DNA of 64,000 nt from Rotaria socialis (lineage: Eukaryota), in assembly GCA_905331295.1 (NCBI GenBank), contig CAJNYD010000242.1, positions 62,001 to 126,000 of the forward strand, in the 5' to 3' direction. Shown here in pieces: positions 13,901 through 26,289 of the stretch (positions are counted from its first letter, which is position 1; every line of letters begins with the position of its first letter). The notes beneath the pieces are model-generated. The model ran no database searches and had not been told where the DNA came from. It was given only the letters and a program-made list of their open reading frames with translations. The position numbers and the translations under genes were made by a program.

Positions 13901-13936
13901 GGCTCCTATGGCAAGAATACACCTGTGTTTTTTTAA
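10913..13936 (+). CDS. B-box-like + coiled coil + TRAF-type zinc finger + coiled coil + DKNYY repeats; predicted 3 exons 10913-11449, 12500-13109, 13533-13936 (516 aa)
   Basis: Exon 1: CMRC..CTGC..HFC..H plus coiled coil. Exon 2: C-x6-CPWKG-x7-H-x3-C plus Gln-rich coiled coil. Exon 3: four 29-aa repeats GY(S/G/A)(K/R)DxxxVYYxGKxxxGAxxxSFxSxGG. Splice phases match: aag|gtaaat...cag|gtt (phase 0) and g|gtatgt...tag|at (phase 1). Confidence 0.7.
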
Positions 13937-15990
13937 ATAAGTAAATCGATTGACTGTACAAACGTAAATTCGCTCTTATGAAAAATAGCAAAAAGGTATT
14001 ATCGAACAAAATAAAACCCTTTCTAAATTCTATGAAAGGGTGATAACGAATAATCTTTTTGCGTTCTCATCAAAATAGTTAACATAGTTTTTTTCTTTGA
14101 ATATTATCATCATTTTATTTGCTTTTCGTTTTTCGCAGTAGTACATTCCATCGTTTATACTATGCAGCTCTGAATAAAAGTTTAATTTTTATTCGCGTTC
14201 TTACCGACCCGTGTTGTCTTCTTCGCATGCATACATGAATTTCCTCTATGTTTCTTTTCTCGTCTTTATTTTGCATTCGCAAGAACTTGAGCATATTCTA
14301 AATTTCTTCTTCTATTTTAAATTTACTTATCCCGAGCTGAATACAAGAAGTTTTACGTCATGTAACTTTAAAATATCTGTCTATATGTATGCAATGCAGC
14401 GTGGCCTATTATTTTCCTTCTTCGATTTTCGTATTTTATCTGTTTTGTTTTATCTTGAATTTGAATTTTATATCTATACGTTATTATCTTGCTTCTATGC
14501 TCATCAGTGTGCACAAGGTATGACTAGCGAAATGTTTTCTTAATAAATCATTTGATTTAGCCAAAAATATATACTCATATCAATCACACCCTCTAAACAG
14601 TCATGCAGAATGTATCGACTGAATTAGTTCAACTAAGCTAACTAGCAATAGTTGTTTCAATTATAATGACTCTCTGTCTATGTAGTCAGCTACACATCTA
14701 CCTGTTCGATATTCTACTTTTTATTCATCTATAAACTATTCTAAACATTCTTCAGATTCATTAAATATATTCACTAACTATCGTACGACTAGCTATCTAC
14801 GTCGATAAGTAGCTGCTTGTCTACCTTTATACTGCAAGCGATCATACGATACACACAGGCAGTAGGAGTCATTTTTTGTGTCATTCTTCTATTAATATTG
14901 ATTATGAAAAATATTCAAAAACAACTCATTCGTTATAAAAACTTCATGAATGTTTAATATAGATTAAAAGTAACATGATTTCTCTGTGCACAATATCACC
15001 CATTCAAAAAGTATAGAAATGAAGAAAGCTCGAAAACTAAAAGTAATTTTAAGCTTAAGTCATGGTGATAGACTTCTATCTTATCACAAAATACAAGAAA
15101 GAATAGACATGGATAAAAATATTTTCTTTCACATGTTTCGTGAATATTTATATTCGTATTATCCACCTAAAATAAAGTGCACGCGAATAAAGGTAATATT
15201 CACACCAACACCCTACTTTCGAAAGTTTAAAAGGCTTTTCCAATATGCCACAAATAATAAAACACTATAAGTCTGATTTCTAAATGAGTCAATGACAAAA
15301 ACACAAATTGTCCAAGACGTTTTCAATCGTCTCAAAGTTGGTAGAGTGGTTTTCACTGAAAATTTTGGCGAAAAAAATAAAATTTAATTTAGTAAATACA
15401 ATATTATAGTGATAACATCAAGCACCGAAGAAAAAATGGAAAAAAAAATAACTGATTTCTGTGTTAGAACAGGTTCAGCTACCCATGAAATGGACTAAAA
15501 GTTAATGTTTCCATTTTATTTTTGTTTAAGATTGCTCGCAACATATTCGAGTGATTATCAGATGACTAGTTCAAGATTGTGTGACACTAGAATTTCAACA
15601 AAAAAATAGAAACATCACCAGAAAAGAATGAAAGGAGTGTTATTTCATATTAATTGACCAATATGACCAACACAATTCAAGTGTCATTGTAGTCATAAAA
15701 CAAAACACCTTCAGATTCAGCCATTTCTTTTTATCTTTGGGGCCTGCAGCTCCTAATGTTAGAGTCCTCATAGATTAAAAACATGTCTAAAGATAAAAGT
15801 TCGTGTAATGACGAATACGGCGTATTTTTACATGTCATGAAAAGATAACATTAGAAGTAGTAGAACTGGTGTCATCGTATACAAATAGGCATATCACATT
15901 GCATCATATTCCATGTGTCGTAAGGTTTTGTTTTATATTCATTCTCGTCAATACGTGACGAACAAAAAACGTTAACTTTGTCAATTAAAA

Positions 15991-17235
15991 ATGAAAACAA
16001 TTCATGAACAACACTTTTTGTCCGGTAAATATATCATTGTTGCTGGTGGGGGAATCGGTGGCTTAACGTTTTGTGTTGCTCTCCAACGATTTCTCGAGAA
16101 CAATAATCAAGAAATAAATCCACCGCCACATATTGTAGTGTACGAACGTGAGCTATCATTGGATGACATCGGACGAGAAGGCTATTCGCTTTCTATTCGA
16201 AGTGATCCATTAAGTGGAGGAATGCAAATACTGCAGAAGTTGGATTTACTTGACCAGATACTCGGTGAAAGTAATCCTGGCACATATTTCACAGTCTTCA
16301 ACAATGACTTTACTCCATTGATTGAATTTCAATCTCCGCCTGTTGAAGGCCTTTCACAATCCACTGCAAGTATTGCACGTTCGAAACTTCGTGAAATACT
16401 TCACAAAAATATATCGCCATCGATTGCAGTGCATTGGAATCATGGGATAGAATCCGTTGAGGAGCTTGAAAATGGACAAGTTATAGTGACTTTAATGAAT
16501 GGTCATCAAGAAAAATGTGATCTACTCATTGCTGCTGATGGATCGAATAGTAAAGGTAGACGAGCTATTCGATCTCAGAATGAGCTGAGGTTTGCTGGAG
16601 CTGTTTCTATCGCAGCACGCACTCAACCTCTTGAAAAGTTGCCACCACCTATAGATAAAACATGGGGTAGTGTATTAGGCGTCAATGGAAATTTTCTTTT
16701 TGTTGCACCAAGTGATCAAAGAAGTGCATTGTGGAGTGTCAGCTATTTGTCAGACAAACCATCTGAACCTAGACCAGCTGGAACAATGAGTGAAGAAGAA
16801 ATTGAACAAGTACTCAGTGAAGCTCATCAACGTTTGGTATCGTTCGGTGAACCGATGCCGACTCTTTTCAAAAAGACGTTACGTAGTAGTGTTTCTGTCT
16901 TCAACGCAAAAGACATGGAACCTTTCAGAAATCACGGTTCAGTGATCTTTATTGGTGATGCTCAACATGCAATGAGTCCATTTGCTGGCAACGGAGCCAA
17001 TATGGCTATGATGGATGGATACAAATTAGCAGAACAAATGATTCTTGCCAAACATTTGTCGACAGCAGTTCAAGCTTACGATGATCTTTGTATTCCTCGT
17101 TCGATAAATGCTATTAAAATGAGTCATCGGACTATTGCAATCGGTCATTCACAAGGAATTTGGAAGTATATGTGGGTAACAATGTTAAAGATTGTTGCAT
17201 ACTTCTTTGGTTTCAATTCTAAGTCTGAACAATAG
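15991..17235 (+). CDS. FAD-dependent monooxygenase (group A flavoprotein, UbiH/TetX-like fold)
   Basis: Intronless 414 aa with GGGIGG Rossmann motif, VYERE, DLLIAADG and IGDAQHAMSPFAGNGANMAMMDG. Confidence 0.92.
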   Translation: MKTIHEQHFLSGKYIIVAGGGIGGLTFCVALQRFLENNNQEINPPPHIVVYERELSLDDIGREGYSLSIRSDPLSGGMQILQKLDLLDQILGESNPGTYFTVFNNDFTPLIEFQSPPVEGLSQSTASIARSKLREILHKNISPSIAVHWNHGIESVEELENGQVIVTLMNGHQEKCDLLIAADGSNSKGRRAIRSQNELRFAGAVSIAARTQPLEKLPPPIDKTWGSVLGVNGNFLFVAPSDQRSALWSVSYLSDKPSEPRPAGTMSEEEIEQVLSEAHQRLVSFGEPMPTLFKKTLRSSVSVFNAKDMEPFRNHGSVIFIGDAQHAMSPFAGNGANMAMMDGYKLAEQMILAKHLSTAVQAYDDLCIPRSINAIKMSHRTIAIGHSQGIWKYMWVTMLKIVAYFFGFNSKSEQ

Positions 17236-18296
17236 TACATATAAATAATAGACGCATCGAAATGTAGATCTCGTCCTATGTGATAACTTAGTAAAAACAT
17301 TTTTATTTGTATTTTCGTAATAGATATAAAAATTAATATGCATACAAAAACGAGCAAACAGTTTTATGCTTTTGAATAACTCCTACTAATTGCTACAGCA
17401 TTAGTCTAACGTTTTTACTTGATTAAATTCAAAACTTATGATTAGCAAGAGAACCTTTCTTAGTTGATTTAGTTTAGCTTTATTTTAAGTATCAACATGT
17501 AGGAAAGAATTCGAAATCTTTAAAGATTTATTGCCCATCCAATTATTTTATTAATTTGCAATCAAGTATTAAAAGAGTCAAACAATCATAATAGTGATAT
17601 TTTCGTAATTTTGTTTTTTTTTCAAAGAATATTTCCATTACCGAGATCTACTGATGAGAATTACGAAAGATAAGATAATTTTCAAGTCAATAATAATTTA
17701 TCAAATTAGTTTATGTGACAATCATTATCGAAAAGTCATCGCTATTCGTCTTCTAATAAATCAAATCGATATAATAAACTTTCAGCAATATCTTTTCTGA
17801 CCTTTCTTATCAATCGGTTAACGCAGTAGAGTTTTTACGGGTATGTTACCCTTCATAATAAGAAGCTTATAAACTAGGGAACTTTACTATTGCAAAATGG
17901 AAGAATCTATTTTTTCTGAGGAGCAACATTTTCAGGTTTGCAAATTTAATTCAATGATCTTGAATTGAGAGTTAAAGACTACAGAAATTCATTGACGTCG
18001 GTATGCTATTAAAGCGTCTTCAATCTTAAAATCTTGCTTTACTTATCAGATAAAGTACAATCGTACCAATATTCACTAGTACAATTTTTCAAATAACATG
18101 ACTCATCGAAAACGATGACTATTGGCAGTTTATTTTAACGTTTTATCGATGCATACCTATTCGAGCCGTTTCAATTGATGAATTCTCTATGATTTAAAAA
18201 ATAAAGAAAACAGACAAATAGAGATAGTACAACAAGAAAATCTCTGTATATATTTATTATACATATAAAAAAAAAACTGAAGTAACAGTAAAAAAA

Positions 18297-19517
18297 TTAA
18301 TGTTTTTTAGATTTGTTGTAGTCTTCATGTCGATGTCCATTCGAAGAATGGTGGTGTTTTCTATCGTAACTATCATGTTTTGATGATCGGTGATGTTTTC
18401 GATCATGATCATCATCATCCTTGGACGAACGATGATGTTTGTAATCATCATCTCTATCTGATGAACGATGATGTTTAGTATCATCATCTTTATCGGATCG
18501 ACGATGTCGTTTATGATCATTAGTATTGTCTTGTTTATAATAATCTTTCATTAATTGATCACTTGTTTCTTTTTCGACTTTTTCTGCTTTGGATTTATTA
18601 ACATATTTACTATATTTAAGAAATTCTTTTTCAGTTACTAATTTAACATTATATTGTGATATAGATATTGTTTCTTTTTTCCTATTTGTACCACCGACAG
18701 CTAACGCAACCGAAAGACGAGCGACATCTTCTTCAATAGATTCAATTGTACCATAAAGATCTTGATGAAGACCTTTTTCAACAAGAACAAAGGCTCCTTT
18801 TTCGAAACATAAATCATCTTTTTCATCGATGCCAGATTTTTTTAAATTACGTTTTAATTGATTAATTTTTTCAAGAATTTTTCTATCAGCACCCAATCCA
18901 AGACCACGAGGTCGACTTGAGGGTACAAATACATCAACTTGTTTTTTATTTGATATACCAAGACCAGCATCTTCTTTGTAGCCCATACCACGTAGAACAG
19001 CCATTCCAAATTCTTCAATAGGTACTTGTTCATAATCAGCATTTTCAATATCTTTTTCTTCAGGTATATTTTCATCAATAGCGAAATTACTCATGAATGT
19101 ATTAGTAGAATCTTGTTCAATAGTGTGTACACGAATCGTTCCATTTTCATTTCGTTGATCCCACGTTTCATTTACTTGTTGTGCTTCGAGAATAAGTGCA
19201 CGTTTTGCTTCTTCTTCTAATTGATTGACAGGATCATTTGATGGTATTGGATTTGACACAGCAGTTTGAGGAGGATTTGATTTAAGTTTGAAAAATTTGT
19301 GGTGTTCATTTGGTTGAGCAGGAATAATAAGTTCTTTTTTAGTAACAACTAGTGTGTTACTTTTAATTTCACCATTATCAAATCCAGTGACAAGCTCGGC
19401 TTGATCATTATTTGTTGTTGTGGATGAATCAAATTGACTAGATGATGATGCAAGACTATTAAGAATAGGTCGTTTCGTACCACCAAGCTTAAAAGCAACA
19501 CGAATTGGTTCAGTCAT
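18297..19517 (-). CDS. GPKOW: G-patch and KOW domain protein (Spp2/MOS2/GPKOW splicing factor)
   Basis: DYEQVPIEEFGMAVLRGMGY...RPRGLGLGA is the Spp2/MOS2-type G-patch. KOW-like segment VLVEKGLHQDLYGTIESI. First ATG at 19517; intronless; ends in a His/Arg/Asp repeat tail. Confidence 0.9.
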   Translation of the reverse strand: MTEPIRVAFKLGGTKRPILNSLASSSSQFDSSTTTNNDQAELVTGFDNGEIKSNTLVVTKKELIIPAQPNEHHKFFKLKSNPPQTAVSNPIPSNDPVNQLEEEAKRALILEAQQVNETWDQRNENGTIRVHTIEQDSTNTFMSNFAIDENIPEEKDIENADYEQVPIEEFGMAVLRGMGYKEDAGLGISNKKQVDVFVPSSRPRGLGLGADRKILEKINQLKRNLKKSGIDEKDDLCFEKGAFVLVEKGLHQDLYGTIESIEEDVARLSVALAVGGTNRKKETISISQYNVKLVTEKEFLKYSKYVNKSKAEKVEKETSDQLMKDYYKQDNTNDHKRHRRSDKDDDTKHHRSSDRDDDYKHHRSSKDDDDHDRKHHRSSKHDSYDRKHHHSSNGHRHEDYNKSKKH

Positions 19518-20275
19518 ATCAATCAACAATCGACGAAGTGACTATGAAAGGGATGAATATAAAAGCAGAAACAAATAATGTCGAAAGTTTTGCCGATATT
19601 GATTATTAGTCTTTGTCAACGGCAATTGGTTGGACGTATTCAGCAAACAATAAGCAGCGCCACATTCTATGCCAATTAATTAATTAGTAAAAGCGTCACT
19701 AATTGACGTCACACTAATGTATCATATCGTTATATGTAAGATCGGTGGAAAAATAAAATAGAAACTACTCGACGAGCATATTAAATAATGATTTTTAATG
19801 ATCCTTTTTCCTACGTAAAAAAAAATATAATTTAATATGGCTTAATTTATCGAGTTTACTCAGGCACAATGTTTTTTTCTGAACTAATTAATTCACTGAA
19901 AGCTGCACCCTTGCAACAATGAACTAAAATATAGCGGGTAGTAAGTTTACTGTGTAATTACCTATCGTCGTATTCAAAACAAAAACAACGACATGCAAAT
20001 TCTCCAGTGTACAATTCTAAAAGAATCGGTTGTTATTCGTAGTATATGAATAGTAGCTGTATATTTTGAGGTTCTGTCTATGTCTAGATCAATCTGTAAC
20101 ACATTGAATACTAGAAATTTCAAATCCATGCTTACGCTCAATGGCGTTTCACTGAGTTTTCAATAGATTATCAATCTATGTGGATATTAAGGATAAACGT
20201 CTGTTCGTATATTTTGAAATAAAACATAAGTAAATATTTTATGATTTAGAAATGTCTTTAGTAAATAACTTGATT

Positions 20276-21027
20276 TTAATTATAGTTCTGTGGAATACTA
20301 AGCAGATGATAACTTCCAATTGATTGCAGATGTTCATCTTTGTTATGTCAGGACATATCTGTCCTGCCATAAGTATGTTCTCTCTTCTTCTCTCGGTTTC
20401 ATTCTATCACGTTTACAATCATTCCATTCTTCTTCTCGTATCTATTCTATTTAAGTGAGTGTTAATGTTTAAAGAAGGGGGATTATTGCTGGTGAAAAGA
20501 TAATAATAATAAGAAGGCGAAATAAAGAAGAAGATTGTAACAATCTTCAAATTGAGTTAACTCAAATGTCACAATGGCATTGCCAAAAGATACTTTATTG
20601 TAAGCACATCGCGTTCCAACATCAAACCTGTAAGTACCTGGTGAGAGATAAATAAATGATACTCGAGTTATTGGCATTCCCAGAAGAGTCGCTGAATAAA
20701 AATATCCTCCAGTTACATCAACTGACCAAATGTCTGAACCAAGGCCAAAATTAACTCTTTTCTCATTGTTCGGTACAACTTTGTTTCCAATAACTAAATT
20801 TCCGTTGACCAGCACTTGAAGAAAGTGATCGACCCCGCCTGCCTGATTAATAATTCTAGCTTGCACTGTAATCTTGAATAGAGTGTTTTGTATTACATGA
20901 AATGCTTCATCCATATTTGGAACAGCAGTAAAAACAGTGTTTGGCATAATATCGAAGGTACCAGGAAATGTTTTCGAAAAAACTGTATGCGATCTGATTT
21001 TTGGAAATACCGTTCGTATATTGGGTC
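20276..21027 (-). CDS. Terminal exon of an uncharacterised beta-strand-rich protein, interrupted near its 3' end by the solo LTR
   Basis: Acceptor ttttag at 21028, then an open frame through ...FELTQFED. Removing the LTR and one TSD restores EHLQSIGSYHLLSIPQNYN* ending at 20276. With the LTR the frame stops at 20483. Upstream exon(s) not identified. Confidence 0.65.
20341..20542 (+). mobile_element. Solo LTR (202 bp)
   Basis: Termini TGTTA...TAACA, 5-bp TSD ATCTT (20336-20340 and 20543-20547), TATA-like tatttaa near 20449 and AATAAA at 20521. Confidence 0.85.
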
Positions 21028-23998
21028 CTAAAAATAAGTAATCTTCTATTGTGATAAGCTCAATTTATCGTAGAAGGAAAAAGAAGATTTGCACGGACGT
21101 TGCACTTCCGTTCTTATGCGCAGCCATCCTGTTCGAATCAATCATCATTCTTTATCATCACTGTGCTATTAGATCTTCAGATTTTAGTCTATTGAAGATT
21201 TCCTCTCAACTTTTATTCATTTTAATAGCCTTAAGAAAATGAATGGCTCTAATTCTCCGAGTATTTTTCTTCGTCTGTTCTACTTCTAACTCTTGTTGTT
21301 ACATGTCAAAAACATCGACTCAGAATCTTAACTAAAAAATCTGTCCACCAATAGATGAAAAATGTAAGACCCATCACAAAATTTTGTCACTGTTACCTTT
21401 ATTCCCGTAGAATACATTGAAATAGTCTTGCAAATACAGAAAACACCGAAAAACATGTAATAGAGATGCATTTTGTTTTTCTTCTAAATCAAATACATGA
21501 ATTTACTTTAGTTTTTCATCCTCACTAAAAGCATGCTTCCTCCTACGACTTGCACACAAATAACGATTATGCAAATTACTGATGGCATTGGAATAAATTA
21601 ATTTTTTCTCACGATTACCAAAATTAATTCATCATGGTACATTGGAATTTCGCTTCATTGTTACCTCAAGCGAAAATAAACTAGGAATACGATAAGTATT
21701 CTCGTTCCTCGAAAAAGAAACGATGCCATACTTGGTACACATGGCTGTGTTCGCTCCGGCTTCACCCACACTCAGGTCGGTTTTTATGGGAAAATCCGAA
21801 AAATATCCGGCCTTTTCCTGTCAAAACCTATCTGCAACTATTGACTCTTGTCGTCATACCATAACGTTTAAGATAGATAACTCTTAGTGATACTTCAAAT
21901 GGTTGATTATATTTTCACTTGGTCTTCTCTTGTTAACTTACTTGAAATAGGTGATATTGTTGAGTGTCGATTGTCATTGCTTCATCGATGGAAAATTTAA
22001 GCACTATTTTAACAGTGAATTCACATATACATTTGTTAGTAAGATACTATGAATGAAACTTGCTGAGTCGTGACGGATTTAATTCATATTGTTATGAGCA
22101 CAAAAATACAGATAAATGTTTCCTTCAACTTGTATTTCTCTGGCAATTGATATTGTGATAGATGAGCTTAAATTCATTCATGGTTTCTTGCAAATGATCA
22201 GAGTTAATTAGCAATTACTTTTCCAATAATGGATGATTTCAAAAATATCACTAGCTTCAACTGTTTTTCAATGAGTAGTTTTAATATGGTGAATTACCTC
22301 ATATAAATTATAAATTATACATTATTTAACGTATGATTTATCACTGCATTTAGATCTATGAGTATAAGACATCCGACTCTTTGCAAAATACAACTTAGAA
22401 AAATGAATAAAACTTAATCGTGGTAAATTATCCGGGAGCCAACAATCGTCTTTTTTGTCTGCTAAAAATATATTTCTACGATAAATGTGTATAGATGAAT
22501 CCCATGTGAAAAAATTTACGCGAAAAATCAACATATTCTTGATGATAATCGATTCAAACCACAAATAATTGATGAAAATCTAGCAAATATGATTTTTTTT
22601 CAGATTAAATTGAAGATTACAATCGATTTGTTTTACTTTAATCGCATAAAGTCGACTAAAGCGACTATAATCGATTCTCTATGATTTTTCTATTAATCAA
22701 TTTTCATGAGCATTTCATTTTTTTTTTTCGGTTAAAATCCACGAAAATTGATTATGCTCTTGAATCAATTATAATCATTGACATTTAGTTAGTTTAAAAT
22801 AAACGCCTACTACTAATAATATATTAAAATAGCTAAATTGAAAGCCCAGTTAGGAGTCATTCAATGTTTTCAACAGAATAGCTTACGAAAATCAAGCAAA
22901 ACTGATCCCAGGCTGAAAAAACATGTTTTGAGAACTTTCACGATCAGAAGTCACTTATTTATTGACTTTTTTGTAGTTAATAGGAAAACGTTTTAAAAAG
23001 AATCATTACAAATGATTTTTATAATTGTTTTGCGTGATAAAAGTTAAAATTAAATCCACCCTAGTAATTTGAAGATTGTTCATTTCAACAATGTAAAATA
23101 AATTACGGTTTAAATCTTAAAAATATAATATCTGGAAGATTTAGAAAGTTAGATTATTAGTTCAATGCTTGGTAATAAGCAACATGCACAGACAATCCTA
23201 CATCAGCGGCTATCAGCGTAGTTATTCAAAAAATGATGGAACAACCTATTTAGACTCGATACAAGGCAAAACCGTAGACACTGAGCTTGATTTCGTTATG
23301 CTCATGAAAAACGCGATTTCAACATTTATGACTTGATTTGAATCTAGAACAACGATTCAATTATCTCGAAAATCTGATGTAATACACGATAACCAGAAAA
23401 ATCAAACCCCTTTCAAAGAAAAAATATTGTAACACTCTTTACAGTACTTTCCATAAAAATAATTGATTACGCAAAATCTCCGCATTCCTGAGTTATGATA
23501 CGAGCTTCCTTTTAATGTGAAGTTGAGTTGTTTTTCGTTTTGATACGATTGTTTTCGATGATTTCTGCCTTTTCTCGGAGAGGAGTATCATCAGTTCGTT
23601 TAGCAGAAAATAAGGATATCGATATCAAGCCATCACAGTTACTTTAAATCAGCTGTTAGTTAATTTGTGATTCATTAAAACAGATAAAAATCAGCTGAAA
23701 TTTGTTGTAATCAATAGTGTGGGGGAAAAAATTGTTGCGTCGATTATAATCTGATTCGTTACCCATTTTTTACAGTGGAAACGGTGTATTGTATTTTTAT
23801 CACATGAGATTTTGTAATCTTCAACAAATGACACATGATCTTGAGAATCTGATTGGTAAGTTCAATGGAAAAGAAAGTGAATTTAGTTATTTGTTTTTAA
23901 TTAGATTTGTAAATAAAAGTGATTAAAAACAAATTGATACATCTGAAACAGTTCCCATTTTGTGACTAAGACCATGCAAAAACATCGAGAAACAATGG

Positions 23999-26289
23999 TT
24001 AAAAATGAATTTTTTCTATGATTGGTAAAATTGCATCAAACGATGGACGTTTAGTTGGATCATCGTGTGTACATATCTGAATAAGTTTATCAATATGAGA
24101 TGAAATGCCAGTTGGTGGTAATCGAACATGTTCATGAACAATCTATTGAAATAAAATCAGTCGAATTCTTTCACAGAAAAAAAAGATCTATGATAAAAAA
24201 AATACTTTTAAGCCGCATTGCATTGGTGTTAGATCACTAAATGGTATACGACGACTAAATAATTCCCAGAGAAGAATTGCAAATGACCAAATATCCGACG
24301 CATTTGTTAATGTTCCATTTTCTAATACTACGATAAAAGTCAATGATTAACATAGGATGCTTGTTCTTCGTCTCAAAATAAGCTTTACCTTCAGGTGCTA
24401 CCCAAGCAGGTTGACTAAATTCAAGATTTGATTCAAATGAAAAATGACAATCGGCTAGATTAAGTCGAGCAATATTTTCTTCATTGATCTATGAGAAATA
24501 TATTACCATATTAGAATAAGTTTATTTAGGCATATAACAAAGAAACTAGGTGATTAACTAGAGATAATCGAATGGATTTAGCACACCCGAGAAATCATAC
24601 AGAGAAAACTGAACATGAGAGTATTTCTATTTTTCGTATTGATTAACTTCGTACGTTTTGACAGCGCGGGACTAACGTTAAACATTAGCACCAAATAATC
24701 TTCTGAACGATAGATTTAATTGTCTTGTTAAAGAATTTAGAAGATTCTTCGATTGGATATTAATTTCAAATATTAGTTATTCAAATAACAGTTACAAATT
24801 TTTACAAGAACTATTTCTGTATCTTTACAAAAATAAGAAGTACTTGTCTCATAAAAAGCGAACTGCCTATTTATTTACCAGAACGTGATGACTATTGAGA
24901 ATGAATTGCGGTCGAAATGAATTTGTTATGCCATGTAAAAACGCCATACCACGCCCTATGCCCAAAGCTATTTTAAGAGATACTGCTGAATCAATGGTAT
25001 GGTCTTAAAAAGAAAGAGCAGAATAAATTTAAAAAAGCAGCTTTTTTTTCTTCCTAAAATCTTTCTTTACTTGTTTTATGTAACATTTGAAATAAAGTTT
25101 GATTTCCATGTGAATATTGTGTCAGAACAATAACATTAGGACTATCATGACATATTCCAAATGGTACAAGTAAATGTGATGAATTGAAAACTCTATTGAA
25201 AAATTTAGTTTTATTTATAAAAAGCAAAAGTGAAAAACTAAAACAATCATGTTTTACTTTATTTTATCGATTTCATGTTGAAATGTTGCTGATGCATAGG
25301 AGTTATGATGTAATTTAAATATTTTTGCCATGATGGAGGTATTATTATAGACTGCTTGCCACATCTATAGTCGAAATAGATTATGAAAAAAACAAAGAAT
25401 GCGTCGTTTAGAAATGAACCTCATGTCGATGATTCGAATATAAACAATGTTCAAATTGTAATTCTCGAATATCAATGATCGATTTTGTTGACGAAGTTCC
25501 CATAATATCAAACATTGGCATTACTGGACATCGATCATGTTCTTCGAATGGTATAATTTGTTCATCTTGTCCTTGTTCTTTTGCTAAATCTGTTGGAAGA
25601 AAAATCTCAACAAAGTCATAATGTTTTGTTTAGCAAACAAACCAGACAGTTGAATACAAATTTCTGCAGATGAACATAAATCTAATGGTGTTTGTCCATA
25701 ACGGTTTGAAACAAATAGTGCAGCATGTCCAATTTCAATAAGATATTTAGCGATAGATAAATATCGATGAAAACATGCATAGTGCAGTGGAGTATTTCCA
25801 TGAATATTTGTTAAATTTATATGTGCTTTATTTTTAATTAACTAAATGTTAATGATCAGAAGCGAAAAAAAAACAACAAAAAAAATAATTTACTTGTTGA
25901 ACAATGTCAAAATGATCATGACTAACTGCTAGATGTAAGGGTGTATCATCGCCTGAAATTCGATATCATTTTGTGCATATTCAACAAAAAAATGATAGTT
26001 GATATTATATACCTCGATTAACTGCATTGGTACGAGCACCTCTTTGCAGTAATAATTGAACTATGGATAACCGACCATACCATGCTGCCCAATGAAGAAG
26101 AGTAAATCCGTGTTCATCACTAAAGTAGAGAAACTCTGTGAAGTAAGAAAAAAAAGCTTCCCGTAGATAAACTGTAGTCAACCTCTGATGAATGTCATTT
26201 GCCGTATTATCAAGCCATAGGCGAACAGCATACGTATTATTTTGACGAATTAATGAATATATATCATCACTCTCATTTATAATTACCAT
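23999..26289 (-). CDS. ILK: Integrin-linked kinase-like (ankyrin repeats + pseudokinase), 11 exons: 26289-26183, 26119-26013, 25952-25894, 25841-25643, 25589-25420, 25364-25258, 25192-25071, 25003-24879, 24488-24389, 24327-24206, 24142-23999
   Basis: [41 protein letters not shown] matches the ILK N-terminus. Ankyrin motifs GDDTPLHLA and HGNTPLHYAC. Kinase-lobe motifs IGRGMAFLH, ARLNLADCHFSF, PAWVAPE, DIWSFAILLWEL, DPTKRPSFD. All introns are GT-AG and phase compatible. Confidence 0.9.

Noticed and set aside
21860..22800. Minus-strand F-box/LRR-like fragments (similar traces near 6700-7200, 49800-50200 and 60800-61700)
   Set aside because: Too degraded to assign boundaries or family by eye.
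23690..23778. CACTG-type transposon end on the minus strand (ttttttacagtg)
   Set aside because: No partner terminus found; at most a one-ended relic.
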